Virus record (IMG/VR): IMGVR_UViG_3300047552_000676 | Span: 6,116 to 70,115 of that record | Source: a virus | Length of the DNA stretch: 64,000 nucleotides | Direction: 5' to 3' (one strand) | Shown: positions 38,995 through 48,548 of the stretch, piece after piece | Layout: every line of letters starts with the position of its first letter | Position numbering within the stretch: the stretch's first letter is position 1 | Position numbers and translations under genes: made by a program | Notes under the pieces: generated by a model | What the model was told of the DNA's origin: nothing | Database searches by the model: none | Seen by the model: only the letters and a program-made list of their open reading frames with translations

Positions 38995-39808
38995 AGAAGG
39001 GGTCCGTTATTACTGGATGATTATTGGAAGGGCGCTTCATGATGTTTCGCCACACGAGGTCCGGCTCGAATTTCATTTTGTTGTCGCTTATGTACTGAAG
39101 AGCTTCGCCTAGATGTCGATCAGACTTTTTAACCTGCTGAATGGTGGATTCGCCCGGGAAATTGTAGTAGTGATCGCGAAGAGTAGCCACATCCGCGTGC
39201 TCAAGCTTCGGATTAGCTTTTTTCATAAAGGCCAAGAAGTCTTCAAGCTTGGATTGGTTTAAGAACTCCAAGAAGGTGATGCTGATCTTTTCGAACTCTG
39301 TATCCCCTGTAGTACGGTCGTAGACCTTTGGTACATACGGGTTTGATTGGTTCTTAGTAACGAACTTCATCCAGAGTGCGTAGCCGTCGTCCCCTTCGGC
39401 ATCAGATAAACGAACTGCAATGTTGGGGTACTTAGGGTGCCGAAACACTTGGGAAAAGTCACCACTGCTAAGATAGGGCACCTTCATCTTTAGTAGACGA
39501 TCAACATAGTCGATTAGGTGCTTGTCTGCCTTGATTCGCAGGTTGGAGGCTTTGAGTCTTACCCGGTCTACTTGCCTACCGTGATTGTCAGTAGCTTTTC
39601 CGGTGCTACGGCATCTGTCCCCGAACAGAGCTTGCAGGTCAGACGTAAGACTGTCTTTGGGATCATTTAGTAGAACAGAAAGTTCAACCATATTGTCTTC
39701 GGAACTCAGGACACCTACCTGTGCAACTCTATCCGAGAAAGTTTCCTGAATACGATGCATGTCCTTTATTGCCCACCCAGGGGCACTAGAATACAGACGA
39801 ATAGGCAT
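38987..39808 (-). CDS. Two-domain protein with C-terminal Ser/Thr protein-kinase-like domain (T7 gp0.7-like)
   Basis: YLSSGDFSQVF Gly-loop, NPYVPKVY, DLVWRNIM catalytic loop, VITDP. Confidence 0.75.
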   Translation of the reverse strand: MPIRLYSSAPGWAIKDMHRIQETFSDRVAQVGVLSSEDNMVELSVLLNDPKDSLTSDLQALFGDRCRSTGKATDNHGRQVDRVRLKASNLRIKADKHLIDYVDRLLKMKVPYLSSGDFSQVFRHPKYPNIAVRLSDAEGDDGYALWMKFVTKNQSNPYVPKVYDRTTGDTEFEKISITFLEFLNQSKLEDFLAFMKKANPKLEHADVATLRDHYYNFPGESTIQQVKKSDRHLGEALQYISDNKMKFEPDLVWRNIMKRPSNNHPVITDPFYG

Positions 39809-39809
39809 C

Positions 39810-40148
39810 TTACGCTCTCTTTACGATATACTGACTAGCGTCTGACTGCACAATGCGTACCAATCGTGCTGAGTCTGCATACTTGAATTCTCTCGATAAA
39901 CGAAAAGCTGCGTGCTTCAATGCAAGAGCTGGAGTCGCTGCCTTTACGTTTGTGAATGCGTGCTCACGACCTTCCCAACGAATAATCACATCCCAAGTGG
40001 GAGTAGGCTCACGATGGTGATCACGTAGCCAATCTGGGTACTCACCAAGAAAATCATACTGCAAGTCTTTTAGGTCGTAGTACGTTACTCCCGTCTTGGG
40101 GTCGGTAACCCCTCGCGGGTTGTTTGTGCGTGTATCCGAGATTGGCAT
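39810..40148 (-). CDS. Hypothetical protein
   Basis: 112 aa ORF. Confidence 0.55.
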   Translation of the reverse strand: MPISDTRTNNPRGVTDPKTGVTYYDLKDLQYDFLGEYPDWLRDHHREPTPTWDVIIRWEGREHAFTNVKAATPALALKHAAFRLSREFKYADSARLVRIVQSDASQYIVKRA

Positions 40149-40171
40149 ACTGTGGATTCTAGTTTACGTTC

Positions 40172-41005
40172 TTAACCAACAAAGCCATCAAAGACGATCT
40201 TTTCTGGGTTCTTTGTATCTCTACGTACCTTTACCTCGACCCCCTCAGGCGAGTCTTCGGAGTCTTCTTGTTCGAAGACAACTCTAATAGTTGCTACCGC
40301 TACTGGGGTACCCTCTATGGACTTCCGCCCTGTTTGAACTACTTTGAAATAGTCTACTTCACCGCGAATTTTGGATTTGAGTTCTTTAGACTGAAGATCA
40401 ATATCTTCGGGCTCTATAGGTGATAAGGCTGTCAGATTTTTCGGCTGAGGACTTGACTTTACTACAGAACTTCTAACGTTCTTCTTGAAAACTATCTTGA
40501 TAGCCCCTGGCTTGAAGTCGTTGTCAGGTGCAGAGTAGTCAACGCTGTTGATACCACTCAACATATCAGCGAACTTCTTGTGGTCCTTGAGCTGCGAGCC
40601 CTTCTTTGGCACAATGTGAATGACGCGTTCCCCGCTCACAACCTTTGTGCCGATGGAGGGGTCGATGCCAATCTCCTTGCCAAAGATTTTGTACGCGGCT
40701 GCTCGGACATAGTCAGCGTATGCCTTGACAGCGGTTTTCTTCGAAGTGACAGAGGAAAGTCCCCGCATCTTAAGCACAAAACGCAGAGCGTCGCGGTAGG
40801 CTAGTTTGCTATCTTTGCGAAACTTAAGAACAGACTTGGGGTCGTCTTCTGCCAGGGAGACAAGCTGTTCAGCCAGAGTGTCCGGGTCCATTTCCAAAAC
40901 GTTGGACTTACCGCTTTGCTCCCTGATTTTCTGGTAGGCTTTTTGCCAGAAAGCTTCTGGGGGTACGTCGGCCTCGATTTGAGCGGATACAAGTTTGATT
41001 GGCAC
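40172..41005 (-). CDS. Modular hypothetical protein sharing a domain with 41011..41949
   Basis: Contains YADYVRAAA...GIDPSIGTK...IHIVP domain. Confidence 0.65.
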   Translation of the reverse strand: MPIKLVSAQIEADVPPEAFWQKAYQKIREQSGKSNVLEMDPDTLAEQLVSLAEDDPKSVLKFRKDSKLAYRDALRFVLKMRGLSSVTSKKTAVKAYADYVRAAAYKIFGKEIGIDPSIGTKVVSGERVIHIVPKKGSQLKDHKKFADMLSGINSVDYSAPDNDFKPGAIKIVFKKNVRSSVVKSSPQPKNLTALSPIEPEDIDLQSKELKSKIRGEVDYFKVVQTGRKSIEGTPVAVATIRVVFEQEDSEDSPEGVEVKVRRDTKNPEKIVFDGFVG

Positions 41006-41010
41006 GATTA

Positions 41011-41949
41011 TTATTCCTCTTCACTCGCAAACGCATCGTTCTGATTCTCGGCTATCACAAGTTGATTACCATTTTCGTAAGAGAACCAGAGCGAGGCAAT
41101 CTTTCTGGACTTGCGACCATCGTTAGGTAGCCCCAGAGCCGCTGCGAGTTTTTTCACTAGGGGTTTAGAGTCTGGGAGCGTTATCAAGTCCCCCATTAGC
41201 CCCGGGGACTTATCGTGGTACATGGCGTCCCAATTGGATTCAGTCGCAGTGATCTCTGCTGATTTCACTTCAGACTTGCTGTATGCTTTCTTCCAGGGCG
41301 ATTCGTCGCGACCTTTATACTTATCCCTGTTAACAACGTTTATAGTCCAACCAGCCCAACCTCGCTTAGTAAAAGCCTCTGCGATGTCACCAGCTACTAG
41401 CGCGCTTTCTAAGTCAGATGATTCTTGAGTTATCCAGTATACCGCGTGCTGGGCCTCGCTAATGTCCACTTGCTTGTATCTAGCCTCATGATATAAGTCT
41501 GCTTCGAGGCCCTGCAAGAACCTAAGAACCTGGCGTTCTGGAACATCTGTGGCTTGGGCAGGAGCGGATTCCACAGCGTCGGATTTAACTTTAGAAGCAG
41601 TAGTATCAGTCGAACTTTTCACACCCTTCTTCATGATCACCTTGATTGACCCCTTCTTAAACTTGGGGTCATACTCCGTGCGATCAACTGAGCCAAAGCC
41701 CTTCAGCATCTCGATGAATTGCTTGTGATTCTTCGGCAAAGAACCATAAGGCGGAACGATGTGTATGACGTTCTCCCCATCCACTAGCTTCGTACCCATG
41801 GAAGGATCAATACCAACTTTGGGTCCGAAGACTTTATTAGCTGCGTCACGCACGTAATCAGCGTAAGCTTTGATTTCAGTAGCCTCAACTTTAGAGGCAG
41901 TTACGTTCTTACGGCTAGCCGTCTTTACTTGGAGGTTAGTGATTGTCAT
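41011..41949 (-). CDS. Modular hypothetical protein (three domains with V/I-x-A/S linkers)
   Basis: YADYVRDAA...GIDPSMGTK...IHIVP domain and repetitive linkers. Confidence 0.65.
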   Translation of the reverse strand: MTITNLQVKTASRKNVTASKVEATEIKAYADYVRDAANKVFGPKVGIDPSMGTKLVDGENVIHIVPPYGSLPKNHKQFIEMLKGFGSVDRTEYDPKFKKGSIKVIMKKGVKSSTDTTASKVKSDAVESAPAQATDVPERQVLRFLQGLEADLYHEARYKQVDISEAQHAVYWITQESSDLESALVAGDIAEAFTKRGWAGWTINVVNRDKYKGRDESPWKKAYSKSEVKSAEITATESNWDAMYHDKSPGLMGDLITLPDSKPLVKKLAAALGLPNDGRKSRKIASLWFSYENGNQLVIAENQNDAFASEEE

Positions 41950-42449
41950 GATAGAATTGGTTCAACTAGATATGTTGGAAAGTCCAGGCGCTGAGCCTGA
42001 CGCACGATGGCTGTAGGTGTAGCGACTTCACCGAGGTCGTACCCTCCAAGTCGAAGGATTTCTCTAACGTATTCGCAGCACTGCCACACATTGTTTTCTT
42101 TGCTGGGATTTTCAAAGAAAGAGCGTATAGCTTCTCGTTGTGAGTATTCTTCGCCCACTAAGGATAAAGCACAGTCTTCAATCTGAGGCGACCAGTAGTA
42201 TTTCGGAGAGGGCAGCCAGTAGAATTCCCCCAAAGCAGACAAGGGAAAGATACGAATCTTAGGCACTACCGCTTCTAAGCAAAAGACCCTTTCGCTTATA
42301 GTCCATGCGATTCCGGTGTGGGAATACTCTGACCTTTGCATTAGCCTAACGCCTTGGATCTTCAGATCATGCCAGCTAGACCAACCGAAGTGCGAAAAGG
42401 CTAGCAGATCACCTGACTTGATGTGCTCCCGCACTTCCAAGTATCTCAT
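41946..42449 (-). CDS. Permuted NlpC/P60 (YaeF/YiiX-like) papain-fold enzyme
   Basis: KSGDLLAF, YSHTGI, LEAV, GEEYS, WQCCEYV, ATPT. Confidence 0.85.
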   Translation of the reverse strand: MRYLEVREHIKSGDLLAFSHFGWSSWHDLKIQGVRLMQRSEYSHTGIAWTISERVFCLEAVVPKIRIFPLSALGEFYWLPSPKYYWSPQIEDCALSLVGEEYSQREAIRSFFENPSKENNVWQCCEYVREILRLGGYDLGEVATPTAIVRQAQRLDFPTYLVEPILS

Positions 42450-42455
42450 TTGAGC

Positions 42456-42770
42456 TTACCCTCTAGGTATTTTAAGCTCGTAGAAAACGCGATTCCAAGC
42501 GTCGCGACTTTCGATTTCAGGCTGCGCAAAGCTCTCATAACGCCGCAAGAGCGCTTGACGAAAGTCACTCTCCCCAGCAGGAGGGAACATTTCCAGCAGG
42601 AGTTGGAGAGAGCCGAGTACAGCTTCCACTTTCTGTTCACGTTCTGCTTGTGGAGTTAGCATCGGAACACTGTATAGACGAGCAGCTAACTGCCCTACTA
42701 GCTCTATAATCTGTTGGTGTTGCTCTAGCACGGAGGCTTGATCATCAATAGGTTCAGTGGACATTTTCAC
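42456..42770 (-). CDS. Hypothetical protein
   Basis: 104 aa ORF. Confidence 0.5.
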   Translation of the reverse strand: MKMSTEPIDDQASVLEQHQQIIELVGQLAARLYSVPMLTPQAEREQKVEAVLGSLQLLLEMFPPAGESDFRQALLRRYESFAQPEIESRDAWNRVFYELKIPRG

Positions 42771-42777
42771 CCTTAGT

Positions 42778-43512
42778 TCATTCGTTGAAATACTTGCCGT
42801 AGTGCTTATCGATTAGAATGTTCAGCAGTTCGGTGTACTCGGGAATCTTTGACAACTTGGCAATCTCAGCCTTTGTGATCGGTTCGTCTTTCTCGTTCAT
42901 GTACTGCTGAGTGTCTGGGTGCAGTTGGAATTTACGCGGCTTCCCATCCAGCTCGGTCATCACTATAACCAGATCGCCTTGCGAATGATAGTTTTCGAAC
43001 TGATTGTTATTCTCAGCCGCAGTACACCACTTAGTACCTTTGCCGTATAGACAGGCGGCCTCTTCTGTCTTTGGGACAAGAGCTTTGAAATGCGGAGTGT
43101 TAATTATGTACTCAGCACCTTCTTTCTTCTTCATTTTCTCCTGCTCCGCTTTGGAGAGCTCGGGGGCTTGTTGTTCAAACGGCTCGATGGCTGCGTTGAA
43201 CTGAGCGCGGTCTTTATACGAGTTCAGATCTTTGTTGGCTATCTTATTCTTGAATTTCTCAAAAATCGTGATGTCCTTATGCAGTTGACCAACGTCTTCC
43301 TGCTTGAATTGGCCTGCAACATACATGCGGACAAGCCACTGAAGGTACTTACCGTTTGAAGGATCAGCCTTTGCTATATGAGTGATGACCTGAGTGGGGT
43401 CTTTCAGTTTAGCATTGGTGTCTTTCTTTACTGCTAGCTTGACCTTCTCCCCTTGACTTTCAGCCAAGTAAGCGATTCGATCTTCCAGAGTTGCAACTAT
43501 CTGAATAGGCAT
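42778..43512 (-). CDS. Hypothetical protein with PcfJ-like GTKWCT motif
   Basis: ADPSNGKYLQWL, KDLNSYK, YGKGTKWCTAA, KFQLH. Confidence 0.6.
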   Translation of the reverse strand: MPIQIVATLEDRIAYLAESQGEKVKLAVKKDTNAKLKDPTQVITHIAKADPSNGKYLQWLVRMYVAGQFKQEDVGQLHKDITIFEKFKNKIANKDLNSYKDRAQFNAAIEPFEQQAPELSKAEQEKMKKKEGAEYIINTPHFKALVPKTEEAACLYGKGTKWCTAAENNNQFENYHSQGDLVIVMTELDGKPRKFQLHPDTQQYMNEKDEPITKAEIAKLSKIPEYTELLNILIDKHYGKYFNE

Positions 43513-43572
43513 GGTTAATTATTCCTGCGAAATAGGGTGGTGCAGATGCGGTATTAAATTGGCTTGATCAAG

Positions 43573-44865
43573 TTAAGAAGTAGCGAGAACTTTAGTACCA
43601 GTCATCCCCGAGACGATAGACTTCTTGTTCATAGTAGCAAGAGGCTTTCTTCTGGGGAGCATACGGAACAGCTCCTGAGGTTGAGTCGGGCGGACTTCTA
43701 CATCCCATCCAAGAGTGGAGTTACGTTTCTCGTTCCATCCGGTTACATCCTTAACGTGTAGAGCCTTACCAAAGGTAGACTCCACGATTACGTCCAACGC
43801 CTTAATGTAGGGTACTACCGGGGAAAGGTTCACAGAGAAAGGGTTGGTGGCTTCCCGCAGATTTTGTACCGAAGATTTGCTAAGACGCGGAAGCTCGAAA
43901 AGAACTTCCTCAGTGGACAAGTTAACCTGGAACTCAAAGTGCGTGAAGTCTACTTCAGAGGGCCACTCGAAAGACACTTCGTGTGGGCGACCATCACAGT
44001 AAGTAGATACTGCGGCTGCTGAAGTAATGACAGTGTTATCTATACGGATAGTCCCTGGGACAACCATGTTGGTGTCATTCCAGATACGGAAAGCATCCAG
44101 CGTAACACAGGAAGAGGGGAACATGACTGTCCAGGCTACGCTGCTAGTGTGAATGCTGGGGATACGTTGCTCTACTGCAATGACAGCGTCGGCCGGGAGG
44201 TCTAGGGTAGGGTCTTGAAAGTTTAGAACTCTGCGGTAGCCATTCATTACTGAGAACCCACCAACGTATCCAGACCCAAAGCACACGGGGCAAGATACGC
44301 CTGAATAATCGATAGAGCCCGAGTCCAAGTCTGACTCAAAGTTATCTAGATTTCCATCCGCGTCTTCGTCCTCAACCAGATCCACATGGTTTTCTTCTAG
44401 TGAGGTTTTATTCCCTACTACCGGAGGGAGTCCACCAACTCTCAACGGGCCTGGATGAGTTGGAGTAGATAGTGGCACTCGATTACGGGGGTCTACGGTA
44501 ACTTCCAAAAGGTTGTGACCTTCCGTTCTAGACTGTTCGTAGCTGGGAGTATTTGTTTTTGAGGAGCCGTAAGCGCCAAGACCAAAGGACGTACCAAAGA
44601 TCATCTCGTTGATAGCACCGGGGCTAGCTTTTCCTGTTTCATCTAGCCGGGAGTTAATCGCTCTAGATTTAGATTGACAGGCGCAACGCAGACCGGATGT
44701 AAGGTATTGATAAAGAATTCCTGGATAGCCATTCACACGAAAAGCTTCGTGATACTTTCTATTCTGCGCTGGAATAACCGCATCTAGAGTAGCCCGAGCG
44801 ACATCGCCAGACCTAGCATTCTGCGGAGCGATTCTTTGATTAGAGTTGGGTGTTACTATGGGCAT
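43573..44865 (-). CDS. Putative neck/head-completion protein
   Basis: RCAC...CPVCFGSGYVGGF zinc motif. Confidence 0.55.
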   Translation of the reverse strand: MPIVTPNSNQRIAPQNARSGDVARATLDAVIPAQNRKYHEAFRVNGYPGILYQYLTSGLRCACQSKSRAINSRLDETGKASPGAINEMIFGTSFGLGAYGSSKTNTPSYEQSRTEGHNLLEVTVDPRNRVPLSTPTHPGPLRVGGLPPVVGNKTSLEENHVDLVEDEDADGNLDNFESDLDSGSIDYSGVSCPVCFGSGYVGGFSVMNGYRRVLNFQDPTLDLPADAVIAVEQRIPSIHTSSVAWTVMFPSSCVTLDAFRIWNDTNMVVPGTIRIDNTVITSAAAVSTYCDGRPHEVSFEWPSEVDFTHFEFQVNLSTEEVLFELPRLSKSSVQNLREATNPFSVNLSPVVPYIKALDVIVESTFGKALHVKDVTGWNEKRNSTLGWDVEVRPTQPQELFRMLPRRKPLATMNKKSIVSGMTGTKVLATS

Positions 44866-44873
44866 ATACGATA

Positions 44874-44904
44874 CTGTAAATAAGTGGTAGCCTCAATTAA
44901 ATTG
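44874..44904. promoter_or_regulatory. Paired oppositely oriented phage promoter motifs (CTGTAAATA on +, CAATTTAAT on -)
   Basis: Both motifs recur upstream of other genes; this is the only large intergenic region where the strands diverge. Confidence 0.5.
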
Positions 44905-44982
44905 GGCGCGTCCCCTTGGTATACCTATTCAGGTTGCCTATCTCCAGGTCACTGTCGCTGACCACCGAATCTTCCCACTCAA

Positions 44983-45603
44983 ATGAAAAAGCTACGAATT
45001 CTGGCTCACGATCCAGGGTCTAGCAACTATGGAATCTCTGTTATTGAAGCAGAAATTCCCACTAGTCAGCCTACGAACTTGAAGTTCAAGATACTGGACT
45101 TCTGGAAAGTGAATAGCACCCTTCAGTCTTTGAAACTCACAAAGAGGAGCAAGCGCACCAAGAAAGAAAAGAGCAAGAGCATTTCACTCAGCCCAGGAAA
45201 AGAGTTGATGGAGTACTTTGCTGAAGTACAGCACGCAACTCATGCCTATAATATTGACCTACAGATTGCTGAAAGGTATATGAGTAGGCGAATGGGTGGG
45301 GTGACGATTGAGTTAGTGAACATGGAGCTTGGAGTATTGCGCACCTTATGTATGCTGCAAGACACTCCGTTAAGAATGATACCAGCTTCCCAGTGGAAGA
45401 ACGAAGCCGCTAGAAATGGTATCAATCTGGAGCAAATATACAAGGAGGTAAAGCCTTTCAAAGTAAGCCCTCACGAAGTAGACGCCGTGATGATAGGGTT
45501 GTATGGTTTCTATAGTTTGAACAAGTGGAAACCGTACTCGAATAAAAATCCACTGTGGATACACAAGAATGTTGTATCGCAGATCAAAAAGTTGCGTAGA
45601 TGA
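44983..45603 (+). CDS. ruvC: RuvC-like Holliday junction resolvase
   Basis: ILAHDPGSSNYG, IAERY, PASQWK, HEVDAVMIG. Confidence 0.85.
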   Translation: MKKLRILAHDPGSSNYGISVIEAEIPTSQPTNLKFKILDFWKVNSTLQSLKLTKRSKRTKKEKSKSISLSPGKELMEYFAEVQHATHAYNIDLQIAERYMSRRMGGVTIELVNMELGVLRTLCMLQDTPLRMIPASQWKNEAARNGINLEQIYKEVKPFKVSPHEVDAVMIGLYGFYSLNKWKPYSNKNPLWIHKNVVSQIKKLRR

Positions 45604-46010
45604 CTTTCGTATGCCCCGTCTCTACACAGTCAATCCCAGTAGTCTGCAATGTAAAAACTTGCATGTACTATAAGGAAGGATCAAACTTCAGGTGTGGCTA
45701 CACGAAGCTACAGTCTGAGATCACTGGAAGTAAATCAGAAGCTGAGACTAGAAAGGTAATAGAAAAGTTCTTTAACATCGATGAAGAAGAGGTAGATTCC
45801 GCCGTCGAACGCATTAGCAAAGTCTTGCAGTTAGGAGAGTATTTTACTTTCGTGTTTGACAAGAGCTTGTTAGATACGAAAGCAAAGGATCTTGACGAAC
45901 TAATGAAGAGTCAATTAAAATTCGAAGCCTGGAAGACCAGGACTCACGCTACCATGTCATTCAATGACATGGTTCGCACCATTCATTTTGTAAAAACCAC
46001 ACTGAGGTAA
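45600..46010 (+). CDS. Hypothetical protein with Cys-rich N-terminus
   Basis: C-x10-C-x4-C-x10-C. Confidence 0.55.
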   Translation: MTFVCPVSTQSIPVVCNVKTCMYYKEGSNFRCGYTKLQSEITGSKSEAETRKVIEKFFNIDEEEVDSAVERISKVLQLGEYFTFVFDKSLLDTKAKDLDELMKSQLKFEAWKTRTHATMSFNDMVRTIHFVKTTLR

Positions 46011-46012
46011 CT

Positions 46013-46732
46013 ATGAGAACCATTTCAATTACGGAAGCATCTGAAGACCCGTCTCAATCACTATGGGTAGTCAACATCTCGTCTAGAGTAACGGAGACAG
46101 GCGGTGATGTGCTTATTACAATCCCGGGCAAGGGCAATACATCACACGTTCTGAACATTCGTAAATCCTGGCTACCTGAACTTGTTACTAACCGTTATGC
46201 GAAGGCGCTGATTCTAGAAAGCGTATACTTCACGGAAGCAGTAAACTCGGGAATGATTGCCATCATCCCCGAAGAAGACGCTAAGAAGCTGCTGTCTAGC
46301 CCGGAGGCGGGCGTTGAAAAGCGTAGACTGGCTGAGCTAGACAACCTAGCAAAGCAGGCAGTGGCGGCTAAGAGCATCGGTAAGAACGTCATGATCTCTA
46401 CGGGTGACGAAGAGGAAGACCGTATTGCCGAAGAGCGTGCGGCTTCTAAAGCCAGTGGTAACAAGTTCGTCACCATGCGCAATGCACTTGACGACGACAA
46501 TTCGGATGACGATTCGGAAGATAGCTCGCTGGATAAGGATGTCAGTCCTAGTTTCAAAGGATGGGTTACGAAGCTGAATAACTTTGATGAGAGTCGTGTG
46601 GACGAGGTAAAGAACGAGATCAAAGTGCGTGGGGAAATGACTAGGTCTGAGGCAGCGTACCTGTCCAAGACGTTGAAGTTTCAAGCTATCGCGGCGAGGA
46701 TCTCAAAACAGTTGCAACGAACTGAAGCGTAA
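46013..46732 (+). CDS. Hypothetical protein
   Basis: 239 aa with GAGG RBS and an acidic linker. Confidence 0.6.
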   Translation: MRTISITEASEDPSQSLWVVNISSRVTETGGDVLITIPGKGNTSHVLNIRKSWLPELVTNRYAKALILESVYFTEAVNSGMIAIIPEEDAKKLLSSPEAGVEKRRLAELDNLAKQAVAAKSIGKNVMISTGDEEEDRIAEERAASKASGNKFVTMRNALDDDNSDDDSEDSSLDKDVSPSFKGWVTKLNNFDESRVDEVKNEIKVRGEMTRSEAAYLSKTLKFQAIAARISKQLQRTEA

Positions 46733-46749
46733 GAACTCGCAGACGCAAT

Positions 46750-46796
46750 AAGAAAAGCCCCCCGTAGACTCAACATCTACGGGGGGCTTTTCTTTT
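46750..46796. terminator. Bidirectional intrinsic terminator
   Basis: AAGAAAAGCCCCCCGTAGA-N-TCTACGGGGGGCTTTTCTTTT between convergent genes. Confidence 0.9.
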
Positions 46797-46801
46797 GGCT
46801 A

Positions 46802-47395
46802 TCATTTAGCCTTCTTTGGATTACGCTCTGGAAAAGCCTTTAGGTATCGGCGTTTCCATGCGGAGTTTTTGAAAATGGCTTCTTCCCCCGCAAGGAAAGG
46901 TTCCTTCAAAACGTGTATTGCGTATAGACAGGATTCAAACGGCTCTTTAGCGATGGCCTTTTCACCCGGAGGCCAAGGGGCCTTTAGGACAAGCCTAGCA
47001 TAAGTGTACGCGTCCCCAGGAGATTTAGAGATAGCTTCCTCCCCTGCCGGAAAAGGCTTTTTCAGAACGAACATAGCATACTCACATGCGTAGAACGGCT
47101 TTTTAGAGATAGCCGCTTCACCCTTAGGCCAAGGTTTTTTCAAGACAGTCTCTGCATATTCAAGTGCGTGTGCAGCGCTCTTAGCTATAGCATCTTCACC
47201 AGCAGGGAAAGGTTTCTTGAGGACTCTACGGGCGTAGAGTCCTGCGTATTTAGACTGTTTCGCCCAGAGATGTTCAAATTCCTTCAGTTTGCTAGGTCTG
47301 GCTTTGTATTTCTCCCAAACAGTCTCCGGGTAATGAGTTTCCAGCTTTTCATGATGTTTGAGAGTAGATGGTTTAGAATGGAGTTCGTATAGCAT
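46802..47395 (-). CDS. Alpha-helical tandem-repeat protein (about 25-aa repeats)
   Basis: Five copies of YA-x2-VLK-x-P[FW]P-x-GE-x-AI-x-K; start probably MLYELH at 47395. Confidence 0.75.
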   Translation of the reverse strand: MLYELHSKPSTLKHHEKLETHYPETVWEKYKARPSKLKEFEHLWAKQSKYAGLYARRVLKKPFPAGEDAIAKSAAHALEYAETVLKKPWPKGEAAISKKPFYACEYAMFVLKKPFPAGEEAISKSPGDAYTYARLVLKAPWPPGEKAIAKEPFESCLYAIHVLKEPFLAGEEAIFKNSAWKRRYLKAFPERNPKKAK

Positions 47396-47440
47396 AAGAG
47401 GTTGCCTATTGAGATGCAATAAAATTGCAGTTCTAAAACG

Positions 47441-47484
47441 AAGAAAGCCCCTGTGGATATAGATTCCACAGGGGCTTTCTTTTT
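47441..47484. terminator. Intrinsic terminator
   Basis: AAGAAAGCCCCTGTGGA-N-TCCACAGGGGCTTTCTTTTT. Confidence 0.9.
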
Positions 47485-47486
47485 GC

Positions 47487-48548
47487 TTAGTCAGAGACAG
47501 AGAGCACGTTGGTCTTCAGGTTGAACAAGAACCTAGAAGCTAGCTCTTCGTTCAGACGCATGAACTGGCAGGCTTTGCCAAAGTAAGTAGGGTAGCTCAT
47601 AGAGTGAACAGCTTCTGTGTTGTCCTCACCCAGGAATTCCGAGAATCTACTAGAAGGATATCCCAGGAGGATATGCAGAAGCTGGCGTTGCTTCTCTGTC
47701 AGCTTGGGGTTATGTCGTAGGTCGCGAATGGTGGTTTGCATCGACCAGGACATTCCAGTATTTGGTCTACCATCAATCCCTACGATGAGCAGAGAGTTAT
47801 GGATGGTAGTGCCATCTGGCGTAAGAAATTGACCAGTTCCATCTGAGATGGAACTCAAAGATACTGTAGTCTTCTCGAATCCGGTTTTCGTTTTGATTAG
47901 TTCGTTATTCTTAGCAGTGGTTAGTTCGCTGATCAGGTTGATGCCGCGACGCTTTGCTACCGTCTTGGCAATAGCGATCGCATGGCCCTCTGTAGCATAG
48001 CAAGGATAGGCTCGAAGCAGACCGTACAGCGCCCAATTATTGAGCTCGCCCTCCAACTGATGGTCCGTCCAACCAAAGGATGTCTGGAGGAAAGACATCT
48101 TTCGGTGGATAAACTTGCGGACATACGTCGTGTAGTCTGCTGACGTAAGCGTCTTGCCTATCAGATCGTCAAGAGCTTGCGGTGTGATCAGCGCATAAGT
48201 TTTCGCCTGGGACTTCAGCGTCGCGGCCAATGGACCATGTTGCAAAGCAAGAATGGCCTGATTCTGTTCGATGCGGGAAAGCCCAAGTTCCACCCCTTTG
48301 ATGGGGGAGGTCACCTGCGAAAACAGAAAGATCTTGCCGCACTTCAGGAGCTGACCGTTGCTGTGTAGCTGTAGTCGCCAGGAAAGAAAATCAAACTCGA
48401 TGTTGCTCTTTGCCAGAAAAGAGCGGATGTCGTTTTGATTTATGCCACGGAACACGTAGTTGAAAAGGTGACCTAGCAAAGCACATCGCTTCGCTGGAGG
48501 TAGCCTCTTCAAAGACTCTTCGTGCCCTTCAAACATTGTATTAGGCAT
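47487..48548 (-). CDS. Putative divergent RNA polymerase sigma factor (start MPNTMF at 48548)
   Basis: Region-2-like LEGELNNWALYGLLRA...AKRRGINL; region-4-like LTEKQRQLLHIL. Confidence 0.5.
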   Translation of the reverse strand: MPNTMFEGHEESLKRLPPAKRCALLGHLFNYVFRGINQNDIRSFLAKSNIEFDFLSWRLQLHSNGQLLKCGKIFLFSQVTSPIKGVELGLSRIEQNQAILALQHGPLAATLKSQAKTYALITPQALDDLIGKTLTSADYTTYVRKFIHRKMSFLQTSFGWTDHQLEGELNNWALYGLLRAYPCYATEGHAIAIAKTVAKRRGINLISELTTAKNNELIKTKTGFEKTTVSLSSISDGTGQFLTPDGTTIHNSLLIVGIDGRPNTGMSWSMQTTIRDLRHNPKLTEKQRQLLHILLGYPSSRFSEFLGEDNTEAVHSMSYPTYFGKACQFMRLNEELASRFLFNLKTNVLSVSD

